A DNA stretch of 64,000 nt from Balanoglossus misakiensis (taxonomy: Eukaryota > Animalia > Hemichordata): the NCBI GenBank assembly GCA_040954595.2, contig CM082580.2:10456390-10520389 (forward strand), written 5' to 3'. The notes under the pieces were generated by a model. The model had not been told where the DNA came from and did no database searches. It saw only the letters and a program-made list of their open reading frames with translations. Made by a program: the position numbers and the translations under genes. The stretch's first letter is position 1. Each line of letters opens with the position of its first letter. Positions 24,601 through 35,766 of this stretch are shown here, piece after piece.

Positions 24601-27600
24601 TGACACCATTTTGAAATTTGTGGAGATTCTAATACCCATTAGCACACACTATGACAGTTGTGTACTCTTGCAGTAGGTGGCTGAATAAATGAGTGTGGCA
24701 CCAGTTTATTATTTAACTTGTTCATACATGTATGTAAATGTACAGCTACAATCAAACGTTGAAAACTGAAGGAATTTTGGAGAAAAAGCAATTGTTGATT
24801 TTATGCAATTATTTGACCCCTAACATATTAATTTCTTATAGCTGTGCTCGGTACTGTGACACTGAAATATGAACTGAAGGACTGCAACAACAGAACCAAG
24901 AGAAAGAGACCCAAATTTGCGACAAGGAGACGGGTACAAAAGCAAATTAGGGAACTTTACGAGGCCATCATCCGACGTTTCTACAAGAACAAAAACCCGG
25001 ACGTGATTCAGAAGCTGTACACGGCCTTCGATAACATAAACACCGTCATGGTCCCCGTCAGGTACCGCTGCAAGTCCAAGTTTGAATTCCATCTGAGTTT
25101 CAGGTCAGACACGGCCATCGACATTTTCGGGTTCAGCCACGAGGCCGGCAGGATCGACAAATTCCTGACGGACATTCTGATCACCCCCGAGATGTCGGCG
25201 CTGGCCGCCACAATCGGCTACACAGTCGGAACGAAAATGAGTTACTGTGAGCAAGAGTACACCGCTGTTCAAAATATCATGCGCGGTAAGTCGTAGACAG
25301 TGAATGTACATGTGTGGCTGCTGAAACAGGCTACGGTGGCTTGGCACACGGCCATAGACTTGTATTTGGTCTATAGCAGTATTGTAAGATTTTACTGGAA
25401 GACTGCATCATGGACAATACCCCTTCAATATTTCTCTTGTGCTTTTTTTCTCCCAGAAGGGAACATGCCGCCCGGGCTGCCTCTGAGGATGTGGTTTAAA
25501 AGGAACCACTACTTCGGATTTGACGCATACATATTGAAGTCCATGCGCGAAACCAATCACGGCCGATTTGTGATGCAGCAGGCCAGACACGACTTTGTGG
25601 TCAGCACGGTGAGGGAGGAAGAGTTCTTCTTCTCCTCCATCCAGCCTTACTGGTACGGTCACGACTACAACATGCCAGAAACTGTCACGGAGCTCACAGA
25701 GTACGTGATGCAGAGGCATATAGAAGCCTACTGCAAAGAGAAGGAGATAGCCGCAGAGAATGCATTGCAGACCGCGAAGGACCGGCTCTGTGATATCGGG
25801 AGGCACTTGTACGAGAACTTGACGGAAGACACCGCTAGCAGAATGGATATGTCGTGGCTGGCAAAGGAAGCGCCTGACGTCGACTTGCACCTTTTCGGGC
25901 TAGTGAAAAAGTCAGAAACTGGGTATAGCTTCCTCAGTAGGTTTCTGTACATGTATGCAATCGGGGTGTACATCAGTCGCCAGATTGAATCATCTGAAGA
26001 CGCCCTGCTGGAGTTAAAGAACAAGAGCTCATTCGAAGTCTGCAGACACAGTATGCCTCACTGCTTTTCTTATGTCTGCGGTCTTTTGGGAGAAAAATCA
26101 GGGAGATTTCTAGAGTTGCTTACGTCTGTCGTTGCCACGGACAAGAATCCCCTAATGTACGAGAAATATGAGATCTTAGGGTATTGCTTGCATGAAACTG
26201 GGGTTCCTAAGAGCTTTGCTAGTAGTCTTGAAAATAGTCTGGGTTGCATGAACTTAGACTTGTACCGCGCCGAACATGTGCCTCACCTGCGTTTGTGTTC
26301 ATTCATTACCCTTGTCATCAACACGAACCTCATTAAAGATGTTGATTACTATTCCCCTGAAGACAAAGTTCACTTGTCGGAGGAATTGATCGCGTATTTG
26401 GAGGAGAACAGATACAAGCCGAAATCTACCGAGTCGCACCAGTTCAAGATAACCGATGCCCGCGAGTTTGCGGTCGTATGCAGGTTCCTCAGGTTCATAC
26501 CGATGACCCACTACCTGAGACACGAACCGAGAGACTTTCTGCGCGGATACCACACTCCCTCGACCAAGTTCTTGAGGATCGAGGCAAGCCGACACATCCG
26601 CAATGTCAACCCTTCCGACATGGAGATGTTCGTCCGAGTCCTCACGTACACGCCCTTCCTGAAAACGCTGACTCTGTCGGGAGTGGGCCCGGAATTCCTG
26701 AGGGGTCTCTTCCTGGCCCTCTTGGACAAAAAGAACAGCGCAAACGTGCTCGTAAGGAAGCTTGAACTCCCGGACAACGAGCTGACCTTCCAGGATGTGG
26801 AAACCCTGCTGAGAACCCTGTCGATACTCGAGAACGTCGAAGACCTGGACATGTCCAACAACAGGCTGGGCAATGAAGGGTGCGGCGCCTTGCTTGCGCT
26901 CAAGCGGTGCATCAACGTGGTGTACCCTAACAACGGCGTGGGCGGCATCGAGGAAGTGCTGCCCTTCCTCAACAAGGACCTCGAATTCCCCATCAAGAAG
27001 GTCATCCCGATCGCGAACGAGGAGGACTTTGAGACGGTCCAGTTCCGGCTGTATTACGTGACCCGCCTCGACATGCAGGACGCATCGGACGAGTTGTGCC
27101 GGAAAGTCTGCAACATCATGCCCTTCTTCCTCAAGCTGGAGCACCTGAACTTCAGCAACAGGAAGATCTCCCGAGATTTGATGCTGCTCGTCTGCGACAG
27201 CATCACCCTCAACAGATATCTGGAGTTTCTGGCACTCAACAACTGCAACTTTTCGGCAGACATGCTGCAGCACATCCTGAAGAACGTCTTCTCTTCCCTG
27301 AAGCATCTCAGCCTTCAGAGGAATGATGTCAGAGGGGAAATCGCCGAGAGCTTTAAGCATTTGACAAATCTGGTAGAACTGGACTTGAGTTGCACAAGGT
27401 TGTCAGATAAGGACATTGCCACCATAGCCAAGTTTGTCAACCCGGGCCTCACTCATCTGAGGCTGCGTGACAACGAAATAACGACACTGGTAGAGGATTT
27501 CAAGCACCTCAAACAGCTAATCCTCCTTGATCTGAGTCATAATAGGTTTGAATGTGAGTTGAAAGAGCTCACAGCCAACCTTCCACCGACACTCACCACG

Positions 27601-28560
27601 TTAGATTTCAGTCATAACGCAATTGAAAGTGTAGCGCAAGTCGATAGGTTGGTCTCTGACTTCCAAGCGGTTGAAATGATAAATTTGAGTCACAACAAGC
27701 TTGGGGCTGTCGGAGTGCAGAACTTGTGGAGTGGAACCGTGAGAACCAGAGTGCAGAGTAAAATTGACGTCAGTCATAACCTCTCTGGTATCAGTCATAT
27801 TCTCCCGTACGTCAAGGACGAACTCCCGGACTCCCTTGACTTGACGAGAGACGGCCTAAAGCTGGGCGATGGTGACGTGCAAGTCCTGTTCAGGAAAGTG
27901 AACAGCGTCACACGGCTGGAAATCCCACCCGACACGAATCTGTCGAGCGAAGAATGGCGTAGTGCGTGCAGGGATGTCGGGGCGCTCAAGAATCTGATGG
28001 TGCTGACGCTTGACAAGTGCGGTCTCGACAGAGAAGCTCTGAAAGCCTTGGCTGACAGCTTCCGGCGTTTGAAGATTCTCCGACACGTGAACTGCAGTTC
28101 CAACAACTTCGGCAACCGGAGTGTTGAGATTCTGAAGGCGGGCATATCCAGTTTGCACGACATGACTCAGCTAAACCTGAGCCACAACAGCATCGGCAGT
28201 GCGGGTGTCGACTGCCTACTCACCGGAGATGCGCCCTCTAGTGGCGGTCTGCAGCCAGGTATCCCTCCCCACTGCGTCAACCTGACTCATCTCATTCTCA
28301 GTCACAATGTGGTGAACGATGACGGACTTGAGAAGGTCTGTGAGCTTGTGAGAGACAGCGAATACTTTGCATACCTCGATCTCAGCCACAATCTGATATC
28401 CGAGCAAGGTATCAGGAGGTTGATGGACGCAGTCGCTTACAGAATTCCCCAGGAGAGAATACAGAGCCTGGTCCACGTTGACCTGAGGCAGAACCTGGTC
28501 AAAGACGAGAAGCTGATCTGGCAGATAGATCAGCTGGTCGATTACATGGTCATCCGTTGA
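21691..28560 (+). CDS. NLR-like multidomain protein: GT4 glycosyltransferase + basic low-complexity linker + TRADD-N-like domain + NACHT HD1/WHD/HD2 remnant + long LRR (1,719 aa from ATG 21691)
   Basis: Exons 21681/21691-22855, 23163-23279, 23436-23546, 23838-23930, 24261-24386, 24842-25285 and 25457-28560. All introns are GT-AG phase 1 and the total is 5,160 nt in frame. A possible extra first exon is 21118-21167. GT4 motifs: LFVAEEW..GINHQLA, VFSVGPKV, EPLGMQGLESIAVGLPVLI. WHD-like LFGLVKKSETGYSFL, HD2-like YVCGLLG, and many LxxLDLSHN repeats. Confidence 0.82.
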
Positions 28561-31500
28561 ATCATTTTGTGTATGCATGGGCTGCAGAAGGGAGACGACC
28601 GAATGGCAAAGTGCAGTTGGAGAGATGGCCTTGCTTGCTTGCCCTGTTGTCAAGGTATGTGGAGCATCACATATTCTATGACCCACATACCATATTTCCC
28701 ACTATTTGGGTGCATGGTTGTACATGTATAGTGCAGCATATATCACACATGATTGACAGACTGCACTTGATCTATCCCGGGACTCTGGTATGCATTACAT
28801 TTCTCTGGTGCTTCTGAGTGCCCATGCCGTACCAGACAAGGCATTATTGTTCTTGGAGTATTTGTGCCATAAACCTGCATTGGTGCAGGCATGGGCCTAT
28901 TGCATTGTCTGTGGTCCTGGGTCATGATGTATAAACTTAATATACATGTGCCCTGTGTATGCATTGTATGGCGCTTTACAAAGTTCATCTTTGTGGCGGT
29001 CTGAGAATTTAGTCCTGACGTCAGCGGAGCGAATCAACTTGTGACAATGACCATGAGTTTTATTCACCCTCACATATACATTAACATGTATATGGATAAA
29101 GGCTCTGTATGAAATATATTGAATGCAGTTATTGGGCAAGTCTAATGCACCTTGCAAACATAGCCCAAGTGTCCATTCATAACTGAATATCTTGTATAAT
29201 TTCTTGTATGCATTTTATTCACTTGGGGGTGGGGGTGCAGTTTAAAAAGGATGTGGTAGGATCTTCACACATAACTGTAAAATACTAGTAACTCGTTGCT
29301 AGTAAAATTTACATATTTATTGGACTGTGTGTGCTGTACAATAAGTTATACCAGCAGTTGTAAAATTGAATGCTATAAGCTACAGCATTCGGTGTATAAT
29401 TACTGATTTTGGTGTACGTACATGTATATGTTGGTTTGGCATGTGATATAGTATGATGAGGCATTCTGTGGATTTTGTTAATTTATTGTTTTGTGTTCAT
29501 TTTGCTTGATATTTTGACATTTACAATTACTAGTGAAAAATGGGGGGAGGGGAGGGGTAATTGAGGGTAGGAATGGGAGGCAGGGTTCTTGTCAAATTAT
29601 ATTTCCAGCTGAAATACATCAGCCAAATGTTGGTGGCACTGATGCAGTATGACACAACAGATGAAAGGTCGATCATAGGAGTGATATGAAAGTACTTTAA
29701 GTGGAATATCACTTTCCTTCTGTAAATACAGTTTGTTTTTAATTGCAGAGTTAACATTAGAATTGTCGAAAAGCACATAACTAATTATTTCCATTGTTTT
29801 TAAAGTAAGTTTCTCAATTACTGTGTGCAACTCATTTGCGTTGTGGAAGATGAACAAGATTGATGTGCTGCTATGTTTTTTTAAAAGTTACTGATTATGA
29901 AATCAGAGAAAGCTTTGTCAGTACTGGAATTTCACACATTGGCAATAAACTCCACAAGCCTGTCATATTTCGAAGGACGCCCTCTTCAGGAAGCAGTGTA
30001 TTATTTTCTAGTCCACGTCTACCCACGCCAGGTTTCCATTATACACCAGTCATAAATCACCGCAGGAACCTCTTCGAACCAGCTTCACAAAGTAAGACTC
30101 ACAGTACGCGTGACTGCTGCATATCTGATCCAGCCTCAAAAACATTGGAACCCAATGAAGACGCACTTAACCGAAATAATGTCAACGAGAAACAACAGAA
30201 ACGATATCAATTTGTAGTAGGCCTATATCAACACTGCTTTCGTGGTTCTCGCTCCTTTCCTCGTATATCTTGGTCTTGGCAATATATTAAAACACGCGGT
30301 TCATTAAAATATGCACTGTCCACGTTTTAAAAATCAAATTCGATTTGGTGCGTTTATCAAAGCGTACGTAATACACCAGTGAGACTGGAAATTGTACAGG
30401 AAATATTACTTTCAGCCATCACAATTGTAGTGAAGTGGCCCTAAATAATCTTCGTACTTACCAGTACCAATATTTCTGCAGGAAAGCAAGAAGTTGGACG
30501 TCGCCTGGGCAACCCGTTAATTCGAACATTCTAACAAGCCCAGCGTTTCCGGTATCTCGCTGTCGTACCAAGTATTGTTTTGCTGGTGCGTCAGAACGCG
30601 CCTGGAAACGGTCTATACATAGCGGAGCGGAGTTGTAAATTGTAGACCCACTTTACAGCCGAAAGTTATTGCGCCATTTCGACTGGTGCAGCGACAACTG
30701 TCGCTTAGCCCCTGGTAACAATCACCATAAAAATTCAGAGGTTTGAAGTTTATTTCGAAAAGGCGTCGATGTTAATGTCATTATTTTTATATATGTCAAT
30801 TGGTTGTTCAGTGAGCTCCAGCGTGGTTGGTGTTTTTGTGAATATGAAACTGTTCACAACAGTTTTGGAGTACTCTCAGTTTGAAATTGTGGCTAGCGCT
30901 GAACGCGAGTACTATGGTATGCTTTAGTTCTGGAGTCCGAGTCGCCAGTGTGGTTTCACGTATCGTTCTTTGAAAGACATTAACAAAATACATTTCGTCT
31001 GAGCATGAAAGTATTTATTGGGGAACAAAACATATGCCCCTCACTATCAGGCCAATACAGTGCAGCGCATTACATTACAGGACAGTACAGCTCAATATAG
31101 CACAGCACAGCACAGTATAGTACAGTAATGATACAATACCAACCCTTGGTCGAATGACCCCAGTAAAAAGCGTTGTAACTCATGCTAAGATGTGACGTGT
31201 CAACCGATCTTTCTGATATACGTTCTGTTTTCGACGTTCAGCCGATGGTAATGTGAGAACACAGGGATTTATTCAGAGAGAGAGTATAATACTAATATGA
31301 TAGTGGTCAGAACTAACGGTTTAATATATATCCAGTTCCTGAATTTCAGTTCGAATAATACTGACACAGACCATATTCATGCTAGTGCACTGTCCAATGT
31401 ACTGGAATGTTACGTCGAAAGTTTGCTTTGAGAAAAAATATTTCCACGATTTCGTTAAATATAAATTCTAACTTATCAAAATCAGCCTCTCGAGAGATAC

Positions 31501-31662
31501 ATGCGACTAGATGTGTTAGTTCTTTTTAAAGAACGTGTTTCTCTGAACACTGAGGGTCCAGAAAAAATGTGTCAGTTATTCAACGTTGAGTGTCCATTTC
31601 TGGCGGTCGTGTTCGACCCACGGTCATGCCAACGTCAACGAAACACAACTTCTTCAGTGGTT

Positions 31663-32604
31663 CTAGACACTGAATTCTTCGACGTACGTCCTCTTCAGAC
31701 ACACAGTCGTGACCGCTCGCGCCAGAGTGGAGCGAAAGCCTTTACTCATGACGCTGTAGATGACGAAGTTCCACAGGCTGTTGGCGAAGGCCAGCCACGT
31801 CGTGGTGAATTCGGCGTGCGACGAGACGTGGACGCCGCTCCTCGACAGGTACGTCCTCGTCACCATGGGGATCCAGGACAGGTAGAAGACCCCGGTGACG
31901 ACGCACGAGATCTTGGCGGCGCGGAGGTTTCTCCTGGTGCGCCCGTCGACGCGAATGTGGATGCTGTCGCGCGTCGCCATGGCGTTGCCATAGCTGTCCT
32001 GCCTCCCGTTTATTCGTTTTTGGTGTTTTCGCGCCACGTAGACGATGCTGGCATAGATGAAGGGCATCAGCACGGACGGTATGAGCACGTAGATGGCGGA
32101 GCCGGGGCTGAGGTAGGCGTTGCAGTCGTCCCCGAGGCACTCCGGAAGACACACGAACGACGCGGCGCTGTACGAATAGTACGGAGGGTTCTTGCGGCTG
32201 ACGAAGTACGTGGCGATGGAGACGGTGACCGCCCACAGAAGACCGATGGCGACCGCGCAACGCCGCGCCGTGACGAACGAGTGGTAGCGCAGGGGAAAGA
32301 CGACGGCGAGGTACCGTTCCACGCTGATGCTCACCAAAGATAGCACGGAGACACCGCTGAAAATCGTCCAAGACCCGCCAAGTATTCGACAGGCCAGCTC
32401 ACCATAGGGCCAGCCGCCTTCCAGCGAGGGGTGGATGGCAAACGCTGTGATGATTCCCACGCCGAGATCCGCGGCGGCCAACGATTGCATGAAATACCTG
32501 GAATTCGTCGGCAGTCTCCGTGTTGCTCGCAGAGTGGCGATGTTTACGATGTTGGCGCAGACGATCAAGAGAGACATAATGACAATGAACACCGTAAAAG
32601 CCAT
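31663..32604 (-). CDS. Orphan class A (rhodopsin-like) GPCR, copy 1, single coding exon
   Basis: 313-aa ORF with 7 hydrophobic segments: TM2 SLAAAD, ECL1 WPYG, TM3 C..SVERY, PLRY, TM6 FYLSWIP, TM7 NSLWNFVIY, helix 8 SKGFR. Confidence 0.9.
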   Translation of the reverse strand: MAFTVFIVIMSLLIVCANIVNIATLRATRRLPTNSRYFMQSLAAADLGVGIITAFAIHPSLEGGWPYGELACRILGGSWTIFSGVSVLSLVSISVERYLAVVFPLRYHSFVTARRCAVAIGLLWAVTVSIATYFVSRKNPPYYSYSAASFVCLPECLGDDCNAYLSPGSAIYVLIPSVLMPFIYASIVYVARKHQKRINGRQDSYGNAMATRDSIHIRVDGRTRRNLRAAKISCVVTGVFYLSWIPMVTRTYLSRSGVHVSSHAEFTTTWLAFANSLWNFVIYSVMSKGFRSTLARAVTTVCLKRTYVEEFSV

Positions 32605-35600
32605 TCTCCCGCCGACAGTGAACCACGAAAATGACGAAGTTCGTCAGTGTTTTAAAAACCCATGTACTTGTGGATGGCAGCTCATTAATAATCGGCCGAT
32701 GGTTGATCTCATGAGTTGTATACACAGCAAGGTTCGTGATGGACGGACTGTGTGGATCGAGCAAATCACCGAGCTTGAGTTGTCAAAAATAACTCACAAC
32801 TGCCAGAAAACCGCAAAGTCCCCACAGCGCGAAGTTGTTCGATGCCGACGGTGATGGTTGCGCACCTTGCATCAAACCGGTTATCGAATCAGTTTCAGCA
32901 GACAATCGGCCATTTCCCACTTTCACTTAACAACACACCGTCCGCGATGAACAGACAAAACTGTTGTGCCGTAAAAGTAGCAACAGGCAGACTACATATC
33001 CCAACTGTGGATAATCAAGTCGCTCTAGTTTCAGTTCCTCCTTACCATGACACTTCCACGTTGTAATTCAATGTCCCACGTGTCAGCTGATTAAACTGTG
33101 TAGTAGTATATTATGATGAACCATAAATCGAAAAAAGATTTCGTTCAGTACCCTGGCCTACTTTTGTCCGTTGCACGGCGTCCAATGTTGTTTCAGAAAT
33201 TGAAATTAGTCCGTTTTAAATGGCACAACTCTCGTCCGATGATTTGTCGTTTAATTACTTCCTAGTGATTAATGTCAGCCGATGAATGACGACTTAACGG
33301 CAAACAAAAGTTACTTAAGACATTTCCTGGGGAACGGGTCGCTCTCTGCGCGGAAACTGGCGTCGCCGCGCTGACGAGCCGTGTGACCGTGACCCGTGGG
33401 TTAGTGGAACATGGTGCTTACTGTGCTGCAAGGATGTCCCCCCTGTAAAACTAAAAGTACATGATTGTATGGTCATATATTTTAAAAATAGTATCAAGTG
33501 CACCGGATTAACAGTATAGAGGTCACCTTGCCCGATTTCTTTTTACTGTAAACGAAAATTGCCTGCGTTTTCTCTCAGGATTAAGAGTAGATCTCAGTAG
33601 CCAATCAGAGTTGTTCATACATCTCTGATGCTATCGAGGCTGGTCGTGCTACATTGCTCGCGGTGACAGATTTGCATTTCCCAGAAATCCCCAGAATTCT
33701 AAGTAATCGGATTGTAGTCTTCTTGAAGCCCGAAGTCAATCGTGGTTTTTGCCAAAAATCTCCACCTAATATCATTTTCCTTTACTCCGTCTTTGTAATT
33801 GAATGAAAATGAATGAATTAAGGAATCACTTATTAATAATTAGAAATGACGTTTTCCTTTGTAAAATACTCCGGACTAGCACATTGTTATTCATTTTTCC
33901 ACGAATCGTTTACGATATTTCATTTCCGGTGGCCTCAGTTCAAATTGAACACCCTCAGAGAACAAGTCATCTTTCCGTCGATAATATACCACTTTTAACA
34001 GAATATTTTGGCAGCGCGGCGCTGTTTCGTAAACTGTTCGGCTCACCATGGGTGCCTGTTTCGCACCAATCACTTTTGAAGCACCGTCCTTTATACATAG
34101 ACGTGACAGCTTTGCATCAATGCCGAGATTTCTCTGTTTGATACTCGCGCGTGCGCACTTGAGCCACGTTGTCAAAGCCATCATCAACGCTACTGAATCC
34201 ATGTATGCAAATTTGCGTGTATGTTTGAACACGGTGTATGAACTTAAAACTGAGCGCAGAAATCTGACTGCCGCCCAGCATACAGCCTATCATCATCCAA
34301 GTTTCCATACAATTGTCCAAATCTCGCACACTCTCTGTTTTTTTCCCCCATAAATATTCGAAACTTCTAGGAATACTATTAAATTATCAAATGATGGTAT
34401 CGTATCATTGAGTCTAGATCATATCAGCCATACAATATTTACAAATTAATTTTATCCTGGGTATTAATGCATGATTTATTCACGAGGGAAATGCGCCATG
34501 TCGTCTGAAGACCGACTCTGGTTGTGTATTTAGTCACAAATTTATTGCGTTTCGGGAAAAGTTTTTCTGATATCAGAGAATTTTGTGACTTCTTCTTTTC
34601 CGTCTCTCTAATTGTACAGTAATGTAAAAAGAAGTCACACAAGTTTCTTTTAGACATTTTTTTTCGCGTGGTCGCAAGTGAAATTTCCTTTAGTGACGAA
34701 ATATCTGTAACAACCACGGTGTCGCGTGTATTAAACTTTAGTGGCCCAAACTGATTGTTTGGGGTGGGGATGGGGAAAAAAACTTCTTTTGGTAGACACA
34801 TCACTGGCATTGGTGGATGTACAGGCTCTCATTTTGGATAAATCTTAGTCAGACCGCCCGCTTGTCGCGTTCAGAATTTACGGAACGGTCCCCGCGTGCC
34901 ATCGAGTGTTTGCCACGGTATTTAATGCTGGATTGGCGGGCAGTTAACATTCGATCATAAATGCGTCAACGAGCCATGCAGTATGAGCATCGAATAATAC
35001 ATGTTTGAGTTCTGCACTTATCTGGAAAGAAAACATTTACTTAGCCCGCAATTGATGGTGGCGCAGGTGGCTTGAATTGAGTTTTGATGGCAAGGAGTTG
35101 GAGCAGCATACAGCGGTAGACCACTCTGCATCTAGCATCCGTAGACTATAAGTTTGGTAATTTTCATTTAAAACGTTTTAGAGGTATAAACATAATGCTC
35201 AGAGATAAAATTGATGTATTAGACATCCCGTTTTAAAGTTTCGCATATTTTATTTCTCTTATTGAGCAATGGTTGAAAGATAGAAAGCAAGTGGTCCGTC
35301 CTTGTACAAGCAATCGACGTGGTTAAAACCTCCGCGCGCTCAGTTGTCAGAGATAGTCCGCAGGATTTCATAAATGTCATTAATCAAATCCTGTATATAT
35401 AAATATGTAGGGTCTGTCAAATGCACTGAAGCGTAATAGTGTGATGTATATTAACGAGTGTCCAATAATGAATAAATTGTGATGGTACAAATTAATCGAA
35501 AATGGTGCGTAACTATAGCGTCACTGTGTTCACGTGTCCAGGAATCGCCTGATGGGGTGACGTCAATAACTCGACCGTGTATTCTTACAGCAAGTCCTTT

Positions 35601-35766
35601 TGAAATATCTTCGAAGGTTTGAAGATTTGTTGTTTTGTAAATGTGCAGGTCGAAAGTGAAAGTGACCATGTTGACAATGTTTTGAAAGTGCTAAGAAAAT
35701 CAGTCGTTCGGTGTTATCTTCTTTGGCAAACTCGTTTCATCCAATTGTCCGTATGCCGTCATCCAT

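Noticed and set aside
25300-25456. N-terminal 52 aa of the 1,086-aa ORF
   Set aside because: Lies within the intron from donor 25286 to acceptor 25456; the ORF is the final exon, not a stand-alone gene.
21677-28686. Antisense ORFs over the NLR-like gene (247, 353, 164 aa and others)
   Set aside because: They mirror the codon bias of the + strand CDS and show no domain signal.
29860-30330. 156-aa ORF
   Set aside because: TTG start, AT-rich, and no motif or coding-like codon bias.
31061-31140. Degenerate CAGTA/CAGCA pentamer repeat (also ATTGT repeats at ~58141-58200)
   Set aside because: Ordinary decayed microsatellites with no spacer structure.
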